A stretch of DNA of 64,000 bases from an uncultured Porphyromonadaceae bacterium (GCA_900544305.1 UQUV01000009.1:4612-68611); one strand, 5' to 3'; positions 40,321-50,862 are shown, counted from the first letter of the stretch. A program made the numbers and translations. Notes: generated from the sequence alone by a model not told the origin.

Positions 40321-40762
40321 AATCAGCTTTCTTTTCTTCGTACAATTTTATAATCTCAGGTGAATATTTTTTCAGATGCTCGTCCACAATATTATTGATG
40401 TAGCCGGACATGGTAGCTTTGGGGTCTATGACCAAAAGCATGTATTTGATTATACAGGCATTCTCCTGCTCGATACAGACTTGTGCCCGCTTTGCCAACG
40501 GTTTACAAGTAAGGTATTTTTCTTTGTAAATGGCACATCGCTCATCAATGCCGGGCGATTCTTTCTTTTGTTCAGGAAGGTTTACCGGTTCTGCATTTTT
40601 CACAGCCTCATTTGATTTGGCTGTATCCTTTTGTTTCAAACCGGACTTTCTGCCGAAAGTCATTTGTATAAGCCTTGCAGAAGCATGAATGGCTATCACT
40701 AATACAATAAATACCATGATAATAACGACTACAATAGTCATAGTGTCAAAAAAGTCTCCCAT
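40310..40762 (-). CDS. TraC-like (tentative) small protein with an N-terminal TM
   Basis: 150 aa. Conserved order after traB. Confidence 0.45.
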   Translation of the reverse strand: MGDFFDTMTIVVVIIMVFIVLVIAIHASARLIQMTFGRKSGLKQKDTAKSNEAVKNAEPVNLPEQKKESPGIDERCAIYKEKYLTCKPLAKRAQVCIEQENACIIKYMLLVIDPKATMSGYINNIVDEHLKKYSPEIIKLYEEKKADYGN

Positions 40763-40764
40763 AA

Positions 40765-41202
40765 TTATTTTTTATATAAAGGTTCATTATTGATTTGATT
40801 ATAATAGAGGCCGTCTATTTCCTCCTTATATTGCTCGAAATGAGCGGTCAGTACATTGTCAATGAATTTCGACATACTGATTTTGGGGGCTACAACCGAT
40901 AAGAATTTCTGTATAAGCCGATAATTGTCGATACCGATATAAGCCTGCTGCCTTTGCAGAACATTTCCTCCCGAAAGGAACTCTTTGCGGTACGAATCCG
41001 TGACGTCCTTTCGTTTTTTTGGTTTGCCTGTACTTTTCTCAACAGTTACAGGTCCCGGATTGTCCGCTTCGCACTCATTCCCATCGGATTCATCAGTGGT
41101 TATTACATCATCCACGGATATGTCTTTCCCATAATTGGGTATATCCCCGGCCATAATGCCTCTGATCATCTCTTCGTTCACGGTTACTTGTTTTTTTGCC
41201 AT
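40765..41202 (-). CDS. traB: TraB-like protein
   Basis: 145 aa, immediately downstream of the ParA-like traA. Confidence 0.5.
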   Translation of the reverse strand: MAKKQVTVNEEMIRGIMAGDIPNYGKDISVDDVITTDESDGNECEADNPGPVTVEKSTGKPKKRKDVTDSYRKEFLSGGNVLQRQQAYIGIDNYRLIQKFLSVVAPKISMSKFIDNVLTAHFEQYKEEIDGLYYNQINNEPLYKK

Positions 41203-41207
41203 AGTAT

Positions 41208-41990
41208 TTATTTTTTGAATTTGACCAATAGTTCTTCCGCCAATTCTGTCAGCCCGCTACCCTTCAACGATTTGGCTGGAGGAGGAAACAAGGTACTACG
41301 AAAGAAGTTTCGGGTTGTCAAGGATAGTTCCTTGTTGTAGCGGTTGGTTTCCGGGATGATGGTATCCAATACCGTAAATTCCAATTTTTGCATGATGATA
41401 TTGTAAGCGTCGAAAACTTCCGTGGAAGCGCGGGCATCTTTACGGGTCCAGAAAAAGAGGAATTCTCGCAAGGGAGCTTCCTTGCTTGTCTTGGCATAGT
41501 CCCATACGATAGTTGAGAACGAAAGACTGCTTTGCATTACAATACGGTCAGGAATAATCGGGGTTATCACATAGTCCATGTTCACGATGGTGTTGATTAC
41601 GCCGGAAGAATTCACTGTTCCGGGCAAGTCCACGATAATCAAATCGTAATTCCCATTATTCATAAGTTTCTCCGCGGCATCACGGGCATTTTCCGCTTTT
41701 GAGCCGACAATCGTATAGGCTTTCTTCCGGATACGTTCGTACTGGGATTTCAACAGTTGTTTGAAATAATCACTGTTTTCAACAGTACGCATATCCCTCT
41801 CTTTCATACGGACCAGACTGAACTGCGGATAATCGCAGTCGATGACAGCTACATTCAGTCCTTTCAGGTAATGATAATACCCGGCAAGCATAATCGTCAT
41901 GGTCGATTTACCCACTCCGCCTTTCTGGTTGCAAACGGCAACTAAAACTGTGTCTTTTTTCATTTTTCTTTCTTTTTTATAGTTAAACAT
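41208..41990 (-). CDS. traA: TraA-like ParA/MinD-family ATPase
   Basis: Deviant Walker A KGGVGKST. 260 aa. First gene next to oriT. Confidence 0.85.
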   Translation of the reverse strand: MFNYKKERKMKKDTVLVAVCNQKGGVGKSTMTIMLAGYYHYLKGLNVAVIDCDYPQFSLVRMKERDMRTVENSDYFKQLLKSQYERIRKKAYTIVGSKAENARDAAEKLMNNGNYDLIIVDLPGTVNSSGVINTIVNMDYVITPIIPDRIVMQSSLSFSTIVWDYAKTSKEAPLREFLFFWTRKDARASTEVFDAYNIIMQKLEFTVLDTIIPETNRYNKELSLTTRNFFRSTLFPPPAKSLKGSGLTELAEELLVKFKK

Positions 41991-42594
41991 TAATCGGATT
42001 CAGTATTCCAGTAAGTAAGGAATGACTGGATATATGCCGTAATACGGTATCTAATCCATTCAGTCTGACGGTCATTACTGCACATCACAAGTCTGTCAGA
42101 CATTCCTTACTGCCTGTGTGCAGTACTCCATTCGTGCATCATTCCAGTCATACATTCTCTCATCCAGACAGTCAGTCAGCAGGTCCTTCAGACACTCTTT
42201 ACCGCACATATTCTGTCGTTCATGCCGCAAATAAAAAGGAAAATTTTCATACCGGCACTATGTTTCGGGCGAGGTGACGACCCGTGTCATCAAATGACAT
42301 CTTGTTACATATAATATACTGTTTTACAGATAGATATACCGCCGTAACTTTGCCACCGACAACGGAACGGATGCCGGATGGAGCTATCCCCGAAGCCGAA
42401 GAATGAGGTTGAAGGTCAAAACTCAATTTGACTTCAGGCAAATTCATGTTCAAGCGAACATAGCAAGTTGTGTTTTGGGCAGCCCGAAATGATTCGGGCA
42501 TCCCAAAACAAACTTGCCACTCGCCTGAAGGCTCGGGAGGGATTTCCTCCAAAGTCGGAAATCCATGACGTAAAATCAGAAACAGAAAATCTCA
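41991..42594. promoter_or_regulatory. oriT-containing intergenic region between divergent tra and mob operons
   Basis: AT-rich and non-coding. Multiple short inverted repeats (TCCAGT...ACTGGA, AGTCTGACGG...CTGTCAGAC, ACTGCACA...TGTGCAGT). Sits between traA and mobA as in CTnDOT-type elements. Confidence 0.6.
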
Positions 42595-43065
42595 ATGCGT
42601 ATGGAAGAAAACAGTAAAAGAAGAACAAGAAGAAGCACGGGCAGAAAACCGAAGACCGACCCGGCAGTATTCCGCTACGGTATCAAACTGACTTCGGAAG
42701 AGAACGGAAATTTCGAGCTGCTGTTTGAAAAATCCGGGATGAAACAACGGGCAAGATTCATCAAGGCGATGATTTTCGGGCGCGAAATGAAGGTGGTCAG
42801 AATCGACAAGGCGGCGATGGACTACTACATCAGGCTGACAAATTTCTACCACCAGTTCCAGGCCATCGGCAACAACTACAACCAGACGGTGAAGGCAGTC
42901 AAGTCCAATTTCGGCGAGAAGCGGGCGTTCGTCCTGCTCCGCAATCTGGAGAAGGCCACCATCGACCTGGTGGTGCTGAGCAAGCGGATCATCATGCTTA
43001 CCCGGGAGTTCGAGGAGGAATACCTTATAAAAAGAAAGAAGGAGGAACAGCAGAATGGTGGCTAA
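42595..43065 (+). CDS. mobA: MobA-like mobilization accessory protein
   Basis: 156 aa, basic N-terminus, immediately upstream of the relaxase. Confidence 0.55.
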   Translation: MRMEENSKRRTRRSTGRKPKTDPAVFRYGIKLTSEENGNFELLFEKSGMKQRARFIKAMIFGREMKVVRIDKAAMDYYIRLTNFYHQFQAIGNNYNQTVKAVKSNFGEKRAFVLLRNLEKATIDLVVLSKRIIMLTREFEEEYLIKRKKEEQQNGG

Positions 43066-44308
43066 GATCAACAGGGGTGTATCGCTCTACGGGGCGGTCA
43101 TCTACAACCAGCGTAAAGTGGACGAGGCAACCGCCCGTATCATCGCGGGTAACCGCATGATTACCGACCTCAGCGGAAATCCCCACAATGTCATGCAGCA
43201 GACCCTGTGGGCTTTCGAGAGCTACCTCGCCGCCAACAGAAACACGGAGAAGCCGGTACTGCATATCTCCCTGAACCCATCGGTGGACGACCGCCTCACG
43301 GACGGGCAGTTCGCGGAACTGGCACGCGAGTACATGCAGAAGATGGGCTACGGCGACCAGCCCTACATCGTCTATCTGCACGAAGACATTGACCGCAGGC
43401 ATGTCCATATCGTCTCCACCTGCGTGAAGGAGAACGGCGAGAAAATCAGTGACGCATACGAATGGAACCGCTCGATGAAAGCCTGCCGGGAACTGGAAAA
43501 CAAATTCGGGCTCAAACCTGTGGCAGACAAGCGGAACGAACTGCTGGCACCGTATCTAAAGAAAGCGGACTACCGGGACGGGGACGTGAAACGTCAGGTC
43601 GGTAATATCCTCAAAAGTGTGTTCACCGCCTACCGCTTCCAGACATTCGGGGAGTTCAGTGCCATGCTCTCATGCTTCAACATCGAGGCCAAACAGGTTC
43701 GGGGAGAATTTGAAGGCTCACCCTACAACGGTATCGTATATACCCTGACGGACGATGCGGGTAGGCCGGTATGCACGCCCATCAAGTCTTCGCTCATCGG
43801 CAAGCGCTTCGGCTACGAAGGGATAGAAAAAAGGATTGCCGTCAATGTCCGAGATTTCAGAAACCGGAAGTGGCAGCCGAAAATCCATGATGCCGTCACG
43901 CTGGCCATGCACGGCTGCCGAGGAAACCGGGAAGATTTCATCCGGCTGCTCGGGGAAAAGGGCATTGACGTGGTGTTCAGGGAAAACGAGGAAGGCCGTA
44001 TCTACGGCGTGACCTTCATAGACCACAGAAACCGTGAGGTATATAACGGTTCCCGTCTGGGCAAGAAGTTTTCCGCCAACGCCTTCGAACAGCTTTTTAA
44101 CAGGCCGCAGGATTTTCCGGAGCCGGAATCCACCGGACAATATGCCTCCACACGGGAGAGCCTTTCCGACAACATGGAAAGCACCATCGAGCAGGCTTTC
44201 GGAATATTCAGTACCGACATCAACGGACCGGACCCGCAGGAGGAGGCACTCGCCCGCAGACTGCAACGCAAGAAAAAGAAGAAACGCCGTTCACGCGGCA
44301 TATCCTGA
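43055..44308 (+). CDS. mobB: MobB-like relaxase (MobA/VirD2 superfamily)
   Basis: HISLNP and HEDIDRRHVHIV (His-triad) relaxase motifs. Confidence 0.85.
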   Translation: MVAKINRGVSLYGAVIYNQRKVDEATARIIAGNRMITDLSGNPHNVMQQTLWAFESYLAANRNTEKPVLHISLNPSVDDRLTDGQFAELAREYMQKMGYGDQPYIVYLHEDIDRRHVHIVSTCVKENGEKISDAYEWNRSMKACRELENKFGLKPVADKRNELLAPYLKKADYRDGDVKRQVGNILKSVFTAYRFQTFGEFSAMLSCFNIEAKQVRGEFEGSPYNGIVYTLTDDAGRPVCTPIKSSLIGKRFGYEGIEKRIAVNVRDFRNRKWQPKIHDAVTLAMHGCRGNREDFIRLLGEKGIDVVFRENEEGRIYGVTFIDHRNREVYNGSRLGKKFSANAFEQLFNRPQDFPEPESTGQYASTRESLSDNMESTIEQAFGIFSTDINGPDPQEEALARRLQRKKKKKRRSRGIS

Positions 44309-44342
44309 TTGTCAATTACCAACCATCAAAATTTTTACAGTT

Positions 44343-46370
44343 ATGCAACAAGAAGATGATTTAAGAGGACTGGCCAAGGTCATGGAGTTCATGCGTGCCA
44401 TTTCCATCGTGTTTATTGTGATCCATGTCTACTGGTTCTGCTACAGCGCATTCGTGGATATGGGCATCAACATCGGAGTCGTGGACAGGATTCTGCTGAA
44501 CTTCCAGAGGACGGCAGGACTGTTCAGCAACCTACTCGTGACGAAAGTGTTCGCCTTCATATTCCTGGGACTTTCGTGTCTGGGTACGAAAGGTGTCAAG
44601 AACCAGAAGATGACGTGGCGGAAAATATACGCCGCCTTCCTCGGCGGCATCGTCCTGTTCTTCATGAACTGGTGGATGCTCGACCTGCCGTTCAGTACGA
44701 CAGTGAATGCTACCGTATATACGCTGACGCTCACCGCAGGCTACATTCTCCTGCTTATGTCGGGAATATGGATCAGCCGTATGCTGAAACACAACCTCAT
44801 GGAAGACGTATTCAACACCGCCAACGAAAGTTTCATGCAGGAAACAAAGCTTATGGAAAACGAGTATTCCGTCAACCTGCCCACGAAATTTGTCTATCAG
44901 GGCAAGGAATGGGACGGCTGGATCAACATCGTAAACCCGTTCAGAGCCTCTATCGTACTGGGAACACCCGGCTCCGGAAAGAGCTATGCCGTGGTAAACA
45001 ACTACATCAAACAGCAGATTGAGAAATCCTTTGCCATGTATATCTATGACTACAAGTTTCCGGACCTTTCGGAGATAGCCTACAACCATCTGCTCAAGCA
45101 CAGACAACATTACAAAGTCAAGCCGGAATTCTATGTCATCAATTTCGACGACCCCAGACGCAGCCACCGATGCAATCCAATCAATCCAAGATTCATGGCG
45201 GACATATCGGATGCCTATGAGTCAGCTTACACGATAATGCTCAACCTGAACAAGACCTGGATACAGAAACAGGGTGATTTTTTCGTGGAGTCACCGATTA
45301 TCCTGCTTGCCGCAATCATCTGGTATTTGCGGATTTACAAGGACGGAAAGTATTGCACGTTCCCTCATGCAATCGAATTTCTTAACAAGCCGTATGCCGA
45401 TATCTTCACGATTCTTACCTCTTATCCGTCCCTCGAAAACTATCTTTCTCCCTTTATGGACGCATGGCAAGGTGGAGCTCAAGACCAGCTCCAGGGCCAG
45501 ATAGCAAGTGCGAAAATCCCTCTTTCGCGAATGATCTCGCCACAGCTTTACTGGGTGATGACGGGAGACGATTTCACCCTTGACCTGAACAATCCCGAAC
45601 ACCCCAAAATCCTCTGCGTGGGCAATAATCCGGACAGGCAGAATATATATTCGGCGGCTCTCGGCCTGTACAATTCGCGCATCGTCAAATTGGTGAACAA
45701 GAAAGGACAACTGAAAAGTTCCATCATCATCGACGAGCTTCCGACCATCTATTTCCGTGGTATCGACAACCTGATTGCGACCGCCCGAAGCAACAAGGTG
45801 GCCGTCTGTCTCGGCTTCCAGGACTTCTCGCAGCTTGCACGTGACTACGGCGACAAGGAGGCGAAGGTTATCCAGAACACGGTGGGCAATATCTTCAGCG
45901 GACAGGTGGTCGGAGAAACGGCAAAATCACTGTCGGAACGGTTCGGCAAGATTCTCCAGCAGCGGCAGTCCATATCCATCAACCGTCAGGACACTTCGAC
46001 TTCCATCAACACGCAGCTTGATTCCCTGATACCCGCTTCCAAGATAGCCAATCTTTCGCAGGGTACATTCGTTGGCAGCGTGGCAGACAATTTCGGGGAA
46101 GAGATAGACCAGAAGATTTTCCATGCCCGCATCATCGTGGACAGCGCAAAGGTATCGGAAGAGATGAAAGCCTACAAGAAAATTCCTGTCATCAACGAGT
46201 TCAGGGACGCGGACGGAAACGATATCATGCAGCAGCAGATTGACCGCAACTACTCGCAGATAAAGGCGGATGTCTTGCAGATAATAGAAGAAGAAATGGA
46301 AAGAATAAAAAATGATCCGGAGCTGAGACACCTCATCCCGCAGCAGGAGGGAGAAGAAAACAATGACTGA
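44343..46370 (+). CDS. mobC: MobC-like type IV coupling protein (VirD4/TraG-family ATPase)
   Basis: N-terminal TM segments, Walker A LGTPGSGKS, Walker B IIIDELP. Start trimmed to MQQEDDLRGLAKV (ATG 44343). Confidence 0.85.
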   Translation: MQQEDDLRGLAKVMEFMRAISIVFIVIHVYWFCYSAFVDMGINIGVVDRILLNFQRTAGLFSNLLVTKVFAFIFLGLSCLGTKGVKNQKMTWRKIYAAFLGGIVLFFMNWWMLDLPFSTTVNATVYTLTLTAGYILLLMSGIWISRMLKHNLMEDVFNTANESFMQETKLMENEYSVNLPTKFVYQGKEWDGWINIVNPFRASIVLGTPGSGKSYAVVNNYIKQQIEKSFAMYIYDYKFPDLSEIAYNHLLKHRQHYKVKPEFYVINFDDPRRSHRCNPINPRFMADISDAYESAYTIMLNLNKTWIQKQGDFFVESPIILLAAIIWYLRIYKDGKYCTFPHAIEFLNKPYADIFTILTSYPSLENYLSPFMDAWQGGAQDQLQGQIASAKIPLSRMISPQLYWVMTGDDFTLDLNNPEHPKILCVGNNPDRQNIYSAALGLYNSRIVKLVNKKGQLKSSIIIDELPTIYFRGIDNLIATARSNKVAVCLGFQDFSQLARDYGDKEAKVIQNTVGNIFSGQVVGETAKSLSERFGKILQQRQSISINRQDTSTSINTQLDSLIPASKIANLSQGTFVGSVADNFGEEIDQKIFHARIIVDSAKVSEEMKAYKKIPVINEFRDADGNDIMQQQIDRNYSQIKADVLQIIEEEMERIKNDPELRHLIPQQEGEENND

Positions 46371-46400
46371 AAATAGAGAAAAAGGGAGACCGCTGTTTTA

Positions 46401-46577
46401 TTTCCGCCTGCAAAGGTCGTCCCGTGCCCGCTGGATTGTGCAAGGCCGGGCCCCTCCGTGGTTTGCTGAAAAAATCATCCTCGCACGAGTGCTCCGGTAT
46501 TTTTTCGCAAAGCCTTGCGCAATCCGGCACGGGACAGAAAGGCAGGCAAGAAATAAAATACCGGCTTGACAAGCCGC
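46401..46577 (+). repeat. Long imperfect-palindrome element, copy 4
   Basis: 5' GCCTGCAAAGGTCGTCCCGTGCCCGCTGGATTGTGCAAGGCC / 3' GCCTTGCGCAATCCGGCACGGGACAGAAAGGCAGGC. Hairpins GGGCCCCTCCGTGG and GCACGAGTGC. Core GAAAAAATCATCCTCGC...CTCCGGTATTTTTTCGCAAAGCCTTGC. Tail AAATAAAATACCGGC plus a hairpin. Starts 31 nt after the mobC stop and ends about 19 nt before the ATG at 46596. Confidence 0.7.
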
Positions 46578-46862
46578 AGATGTCTAACTCAAAAAATGAA
46601 AGATATGAGCAGAAGCAACTTCACCCCGATGGAAAGATTCCATGAGATTCTAAACGGACACGGACTACAGGCCATGAACGTAGGTATAAATCATATCCGC
46701 ATCTTTAGGGACGGCCGGAAAATATTCGACTACTATCCGCTGAGGATGAAACTCTTCGATTACCACAACTGGTACCAGCTTACCTATCCATCCTTCGGCA
46801 ATGGCGACGGGAAATGGGAACAGGAACTTCAGGAGATAATCGGCAGACTTTCTGCCGCATAA
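46566..46862 (+). CDS. Hypothetical small protein (the start may be MKDMSRSNF at 46596)
   Basis: 98-aa ORF after repeat copy 4. Confidence 0.4.
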   Translation: MTSRRCLTQKMKDMSRSNFTPMERFHEILNGHGLQAMNVGINHIRIFRDGRKIFDYYPLRMKLFDYHNWYQLTYPSFGNGDGKWEQELQEIIGRLSAA

Positions 46863-46872
46863 ACGGTATGCT

Positions 46873-47124
46873 ATGGCAGCGCACATGAAACAGACGGAAT
46901 GGGACAACATTCCCGAATGGGCCATATATGCCCTGGAATACGGAACGGAAGAGGACGGCAGCCTGAACGAAGAGGAACGGGCCATGATTGAAAAATTTAT
47001 CGGCACACATTTCCCGAAAGGATACACGATGAGCGTGGACTGGGACGCCTGCAACGAGTTTGACCGCTATCCCGCATTTGGAGAGCCTTGCAAGACCTGC
47101 AAGGTTCTTTTTGTTTCACCATAA
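46873..47124 (+). CDS. Hypothetical small protein
   Basis: 83-aa ORF. Confidence 0.4.
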   Translation: MAAHMKQTEWDNIPEWAIYALEYGTEEDGSLNEEERAMIEKFIGTHFPKGYTMSVDWDACNEFDRYPAFGEPCKTCKVLFVSP

Positions 47125-47136
47125 ATACACAGAAAG

Positions 47137-47655
47137 ATGAAAAGAATGACACTGAGCGAATATCTCGCTGTCCCCGAAAATTATCGGGGAGTATGGACTA
47201 CCGAACGATGGGACATTCCCGATTGGGAAAACTTGAGAAAAAACCACATGGGAAAACGTACCCTGATGGTATATGACAGAGGCACTTGTCTGCTTGTCGA
47301 GGGTCTGAGTCTTGAAATCGTGGATGACAGTTCCTGGAAGAAGCCGGAGGAAATCAAGAAGGAAATCCGTGAAAAATATCAGGAGTACCGTACTGAAAAG
47401 GGGCATGAACCGCATTTCCTCGAATGCGCCATACGCTGGAATGATACCTTGGAGACACTGGAAACAAGAATAGCCCTGGACATGGATTCCGATACGGAAA
47501 TGGACGATAAGATCTTCTTCTACTGCGATACACTGGACAGTCTGCTGTCGCTGGCTGACAAAAACGGGGAGGATTTTGTCATAGCAGGATGTTTCAGCTT
47601 CGGTGAATATGAGACTGTCGATTTGGCTTACAAATGGTTGAATAAAAGGATATAG
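47137..47655 (+). CDS. Hypothetical protein
   Basis: 172-aa ORF. Last GC-normal gene before the AT-rich island. Confidence 0.5.
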   Translation: MKRMTLSEYLAVPENYRGVWTTERWDIPDWENLRKNHMGKRTLMVYDRGTCLLVEGLSLEIVDDSSWKKPEEIKKEIREKYQEYRTEKGHEPHFLECAIRWNDTLETLETRIALDMDSDTEMDDKIFFYCDTLDSLLSLADKNGEDFVIAGCFSFGEYETVDLAYKWLNKRI

Positions 47656-47673
47656 ATACTCAATACAATATTT

Positions 47674-48018
47674 TTAAGTATAGATATAATACAACAGTTT
47701 GCCTATATCATATATTGAGAATATTATATTGAATACACCGATTATCAATAAGTAAGCAAGTCCAACTTGGGTGGGGCTTGCAACTGCTATGACCATAAAA
47801 ATAGTTATAGATGCGATTACCATATATATTATCAGACCTATATGAACCAATATCGTTATAACTTTCTTTTTGCAGTTCCTCAAAATTGCAAAAAGAATGA
47901 CTAACAGCTCAACATATATCAATTCTGTAAAAGATGCTATACACATCAGAAAAATGCCTTGTAATACCCACCATGCAGTAGAAAGATATTGAAATAAATT
48001 TAATCGTTTTGTATCCAT
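47674..48018 (-). CDS. Small polytopic membrane protein (immunity-protein-like)
   Basis: 114 aa, 3-4 hydrophobic helices. Confidence 0.45.
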   Translation of the reverse strand: MDTKRLNLFQYLSTAWWVLQGIFLMCIASFTELIYVELLVILFAILRNCKKKVITILVHIGLIIYMVIASITIFMVIAVASPTQVGLAYLLIIGVFNIIFSIYDIGKLLYYIYT

Positions 48019-48041
48019 ATCAAATTCTCATATTAGAAAAT

Positions 48042-48620
48042 TTATGGCATATATTTACTTTTCTCATACAGACTTTCTGCTTTTTCAAATAAATGATTAT
48101 ACAAATCTAAAAATGATTGCGAATATGTTATTTCATGATGATCTTGTCGGGTTCCCACAATATAATCTTTAACAATTTTCTCTCCCTTTATATAAATTTC
48201 AAATGTAAACCAAGGATAGTCTGCTACTACTACTTCTGGAAAATATTTTTTAGAAACGATAATATCACTTTTAGACTCTATAAATACATTACTGATTCTT
48301 TTTATAATTAACTTCGATTCTGCTTCTGATAGCTTTTCTTTCAGGCATGGAGACGATTCCTGTTCAATAACGCCTTCTCTGTCTTTATATACTGAAATGT
48401 TTATTGCATTCGCACCCAGTACAGCTGCAAAAATAGTCACTTTAGCAGAATCAATAAGTAAAGTTCCTTTGCAATTAGCTGGAGATTCTATCCTTGTGGA
48501 ATCAAGAAATACGGTATCACAATTTGCCAAATTGTGCTGTCTGTCGTGTTGACGACAGGCAGATAATGTTAATGAACACAATAATAAATAGATAGCAAAA
48601 TTTCTCATATAATTTTTCAT
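48042..48620 (-). CDS. Lipoprotein (immunity-protein-like)
   Basis: 192 aa. Lipobox LTLSAC. Confidence 0.5.
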   Translation of the reverse strand: MKNYMRNFAIYLLLCSLTLSACRQHDRQHNLANCDTVFLDSTRIESPANCKGTLLIDSAKVTIFAAVLGANAINISVYKDREGVIEQESSPCLKEKLSEAESKLIIKRISNVFIESKSDIIVSKKYFPEVVVADYPWFTFEIYIKGEKIVKDYIVGTRQDHHEITYSQSFLDLYNHLFEKAESLYEKSKYMP

Positions 48621-48660
48621 GAAAACTAAATGATATTTTATACAGTTTATGGCACAAAAA

Positions 48661-48891
48661 TCAATTTCTTTTAAGAGTATCTGATTTCTTCTTATTCGTA
48701 GTCCAGATGTATCTAATAAGAAATATCAACGCAACTACAGCAGAAGCATGAGGAATAATCTCTTCTATAAGAAACCCAGTAAAACTTATATTTACCGACA
48801 TTGAGAGCAAATCAAAAATTGATATAAACACTATCATAAATGCAGAATATATTAGAACTAAGGTACCTATAACTAATATTTTTCGTGACAT
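48661..48891 (-). CDS. Small 2-TM membrane protein
   Basis: 76-aa ORF. Confidence 0.4.
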   Translation of the reverse strand: MSRKILVIGTLVLIYSAFMIVFISIFDLLSMSVNISFTGFLIEEIIPHASAVVALIFLIRYIWTTNKKKSDTLKRN

Positions 48892-49110
48892 ACGCTTTCT
48901 AATTTTAATGGAAGTTTATGATATTCTTTCCGTTACGCTCTATTCCAAAGGTAACATGATTTTCTCTGACGGCCCTCCTGTTGTGCTGAATATTTTCTGA
49001 TATAGCTCATTGATAGACTTGCTTTCCGCATATTGTATGGGGCTCAGGGCTGAACCGTAAGATACGAGATCACCAATCTTGATAAAGTTTTTCAAAACAG
49101 GAAAACAATC

Positions 49111-49566
49111 TCACTTCATGATTGATACCTGAAATAGCAAAGTATCCACGTTAACAGTAGACGAACGTGGCTCACCGTCAGTGGTTATACCATTCCCGGA
49201 TATTGGGTAATATATAGAATCTCCTTTTATAATGAAAACGCGTTCTAATATATTTAAATCCAATTTTATTCGTTTGCCATTACTACTGATTGTAAAAGAG
49301 TTACTAAACATCATCTTAGACGATTTGATGGAAACTGTATCTCCATTCATATTATAAGCCTCAATGAGCGGGGGCATATATTCTATTGTGTCACTTCCTT
49401 TGATAACAGGAGGAGGGCAGTAATTGTAAACTTGCTTAAATTTGAGTCTGACATCAATAGGCAAATCTTCAAAACATAGTGTTTGATCTGGAGATTTAGA
49501 CTTGTTTGAGCATCCTGTCAATAGGAAACTCAAACACATTATGATGATTATTGAGTGTACTTTCAT
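49111..49566 (-). CDS. Lipoprotein; the reading frame stays open for 57 codons past its TGA stop
   Basis: 151 aa. Lipobox LLTGCSN. In-frame extension 48943-49110 verified codon by codon. Confidence 0.5.
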   Translation of the reverse strand: MKVHSIIIIMCLSFLLTGCSNKSKSPDQTLCFEDLPIDVRLKFKQVYNYCPPPVIKGSDTIEYMPPLIEAYNMNGDTVSIKSSKMMFSNSFTISSNGKRIKLDLNILERVFIIKGDSIYYPISGNGITTDGEPRSSTVNVDTLLFQVSIMK

Positions 49567-49919
49567 TTAATCTTATCTTTACAAATTAAATCACTGAATA
49601 CCAGTATATAAGGAGGCTTTTTAAGGGACAACTATTTACTAAATGTCCCTACTAAAAAACAAAAGACTAATCAACGGTCTAAGAGTTTTATTTCATCTGA
49701 TAAACGCCTGATTAAATATGCTAGAAGGTAAGCACTTATAGGAGATGGAAATGTTATTACCGGTAAACGATACTCTATATATTTTACATTATTTAAGTCT
49801 TTTAATACAAAATACGAATATCTCTCTCCAATATATTTTGCATTTGGTATTCTAGTTATATAATCATTTGATAATTTTTTATCAAACGTAAATATAGGCT
49901 CAGCTTTTGATAATAATTC

Positions 49920-50252
49920 CTAATACTGTCTATTTTGTTTTCTTTTTCTTCTTGTATTATCTTCATATAATATTAAGCGTATTTCATCAATATCTCCATT
50001 ATCTGATAAACTTATAAAAAACTCCTTATAATAAAGAGTGGATACCTGAATTATCACATAATAGTATTTGTCTTCTATAGAATATAGGAGTTTGGCAGCT
50101 TTTATACTATCAAAAGCAGATAATACTTTATCAGCTTTTATTTGACTGACTATTTCTATAGAATCTGATATACTTTCTTTATCTTTCGCTTCGCAAACAA
50201 AAGAAAAGAACATTAATAATATAATGAGATAAAGCATTTTCATATCAAACAT
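49920..50252 (-). CDS. Secreted small protein; the reading frame stays open for 82 codons past its TAG stop
   Basis: 110 aa. Signal peptide MLYLIILLMFFSFVCEA. In-frame extension 49674-49919 verified. Confidence 0.45.
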   Translation of the reverse strand: MFDMKMLYLIILLMFFSFVCEAKDKESISDSIEIVSQIKADKVLSAFDSIKAAKLLYSIEDKYYYVIIQVSTLYYKEFFISLSDNGDIDEIRLILYEDNTRRKRKQNRQY

Positions 50253-50581
50253 TTTAATCTAATATTAAATGGATAACGTGATTCAAAATCAGCCCTGTTG
50301 TATGACGTCCTACAGCCATGCAACGCCAATGTGCAATTCATTACGTTCAAACCATTGGATACATTCATCAGAAAATCCTTGTAAACTTTAGGAATAGCGC
50401 ATCCCAGTTTCTTCTCCAAATCACATACTTCTGCTTCTGTAATACAGGGGTACATAATATTAAGCCAGGCATATTCGGCAATATGAGGGGCTTTTCCAAT
50501 CAACAATGCACCATTCTTTGAATGAGAAACTCCCAAATGAGAGAATCGCATTAACAGTTTTTCCAAATCTTTTTTGTCCAT
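50240..50581 (-). CDS. SUKH/SMI1-KNR4-like protein (immunity-protein fold, tentative)
   Basis: 113 aa. IPKVYKDFLMNVSNGLNV resembles the SMI1/KNR4 (SUKH) core motif (lP.dYkeFL...nGG). Confidence 0.4.
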   Translation of the reverse strand: MDKKDLEKLLMRFSHLGVSHSKNGALLIGKAPHIAEYAWLNIMYPCITEAEVCDLEKKLGCAIPKVYKDFLMNVSNGLNVMNCTLALHGCRTSYNRADFESRYPFNIRLKCLI

Positions 50582-50862
50582 GATTGTTCTTTTGTCTGAC
50601 GGTTAGTACTATTATTTCCGGATTATCGCCAAAGATATTGTAAATCAACGGCTATCTACAAAGATATGAAACATTCCATATAATCTCTCATAAAAGACAG
50701 ACTATCTTTATAATGATTGGAAATTATTCAGAATCACATATTTAGTTATAATCATTTTATTATTGATATCATATGAATAAAGCAGTCAGCACCGAATGTA
50801 AATCGCTGCATAACAAGATGATTGTCGGTGAAAAACATTATATTTGCATAGGAAAGAGATAA

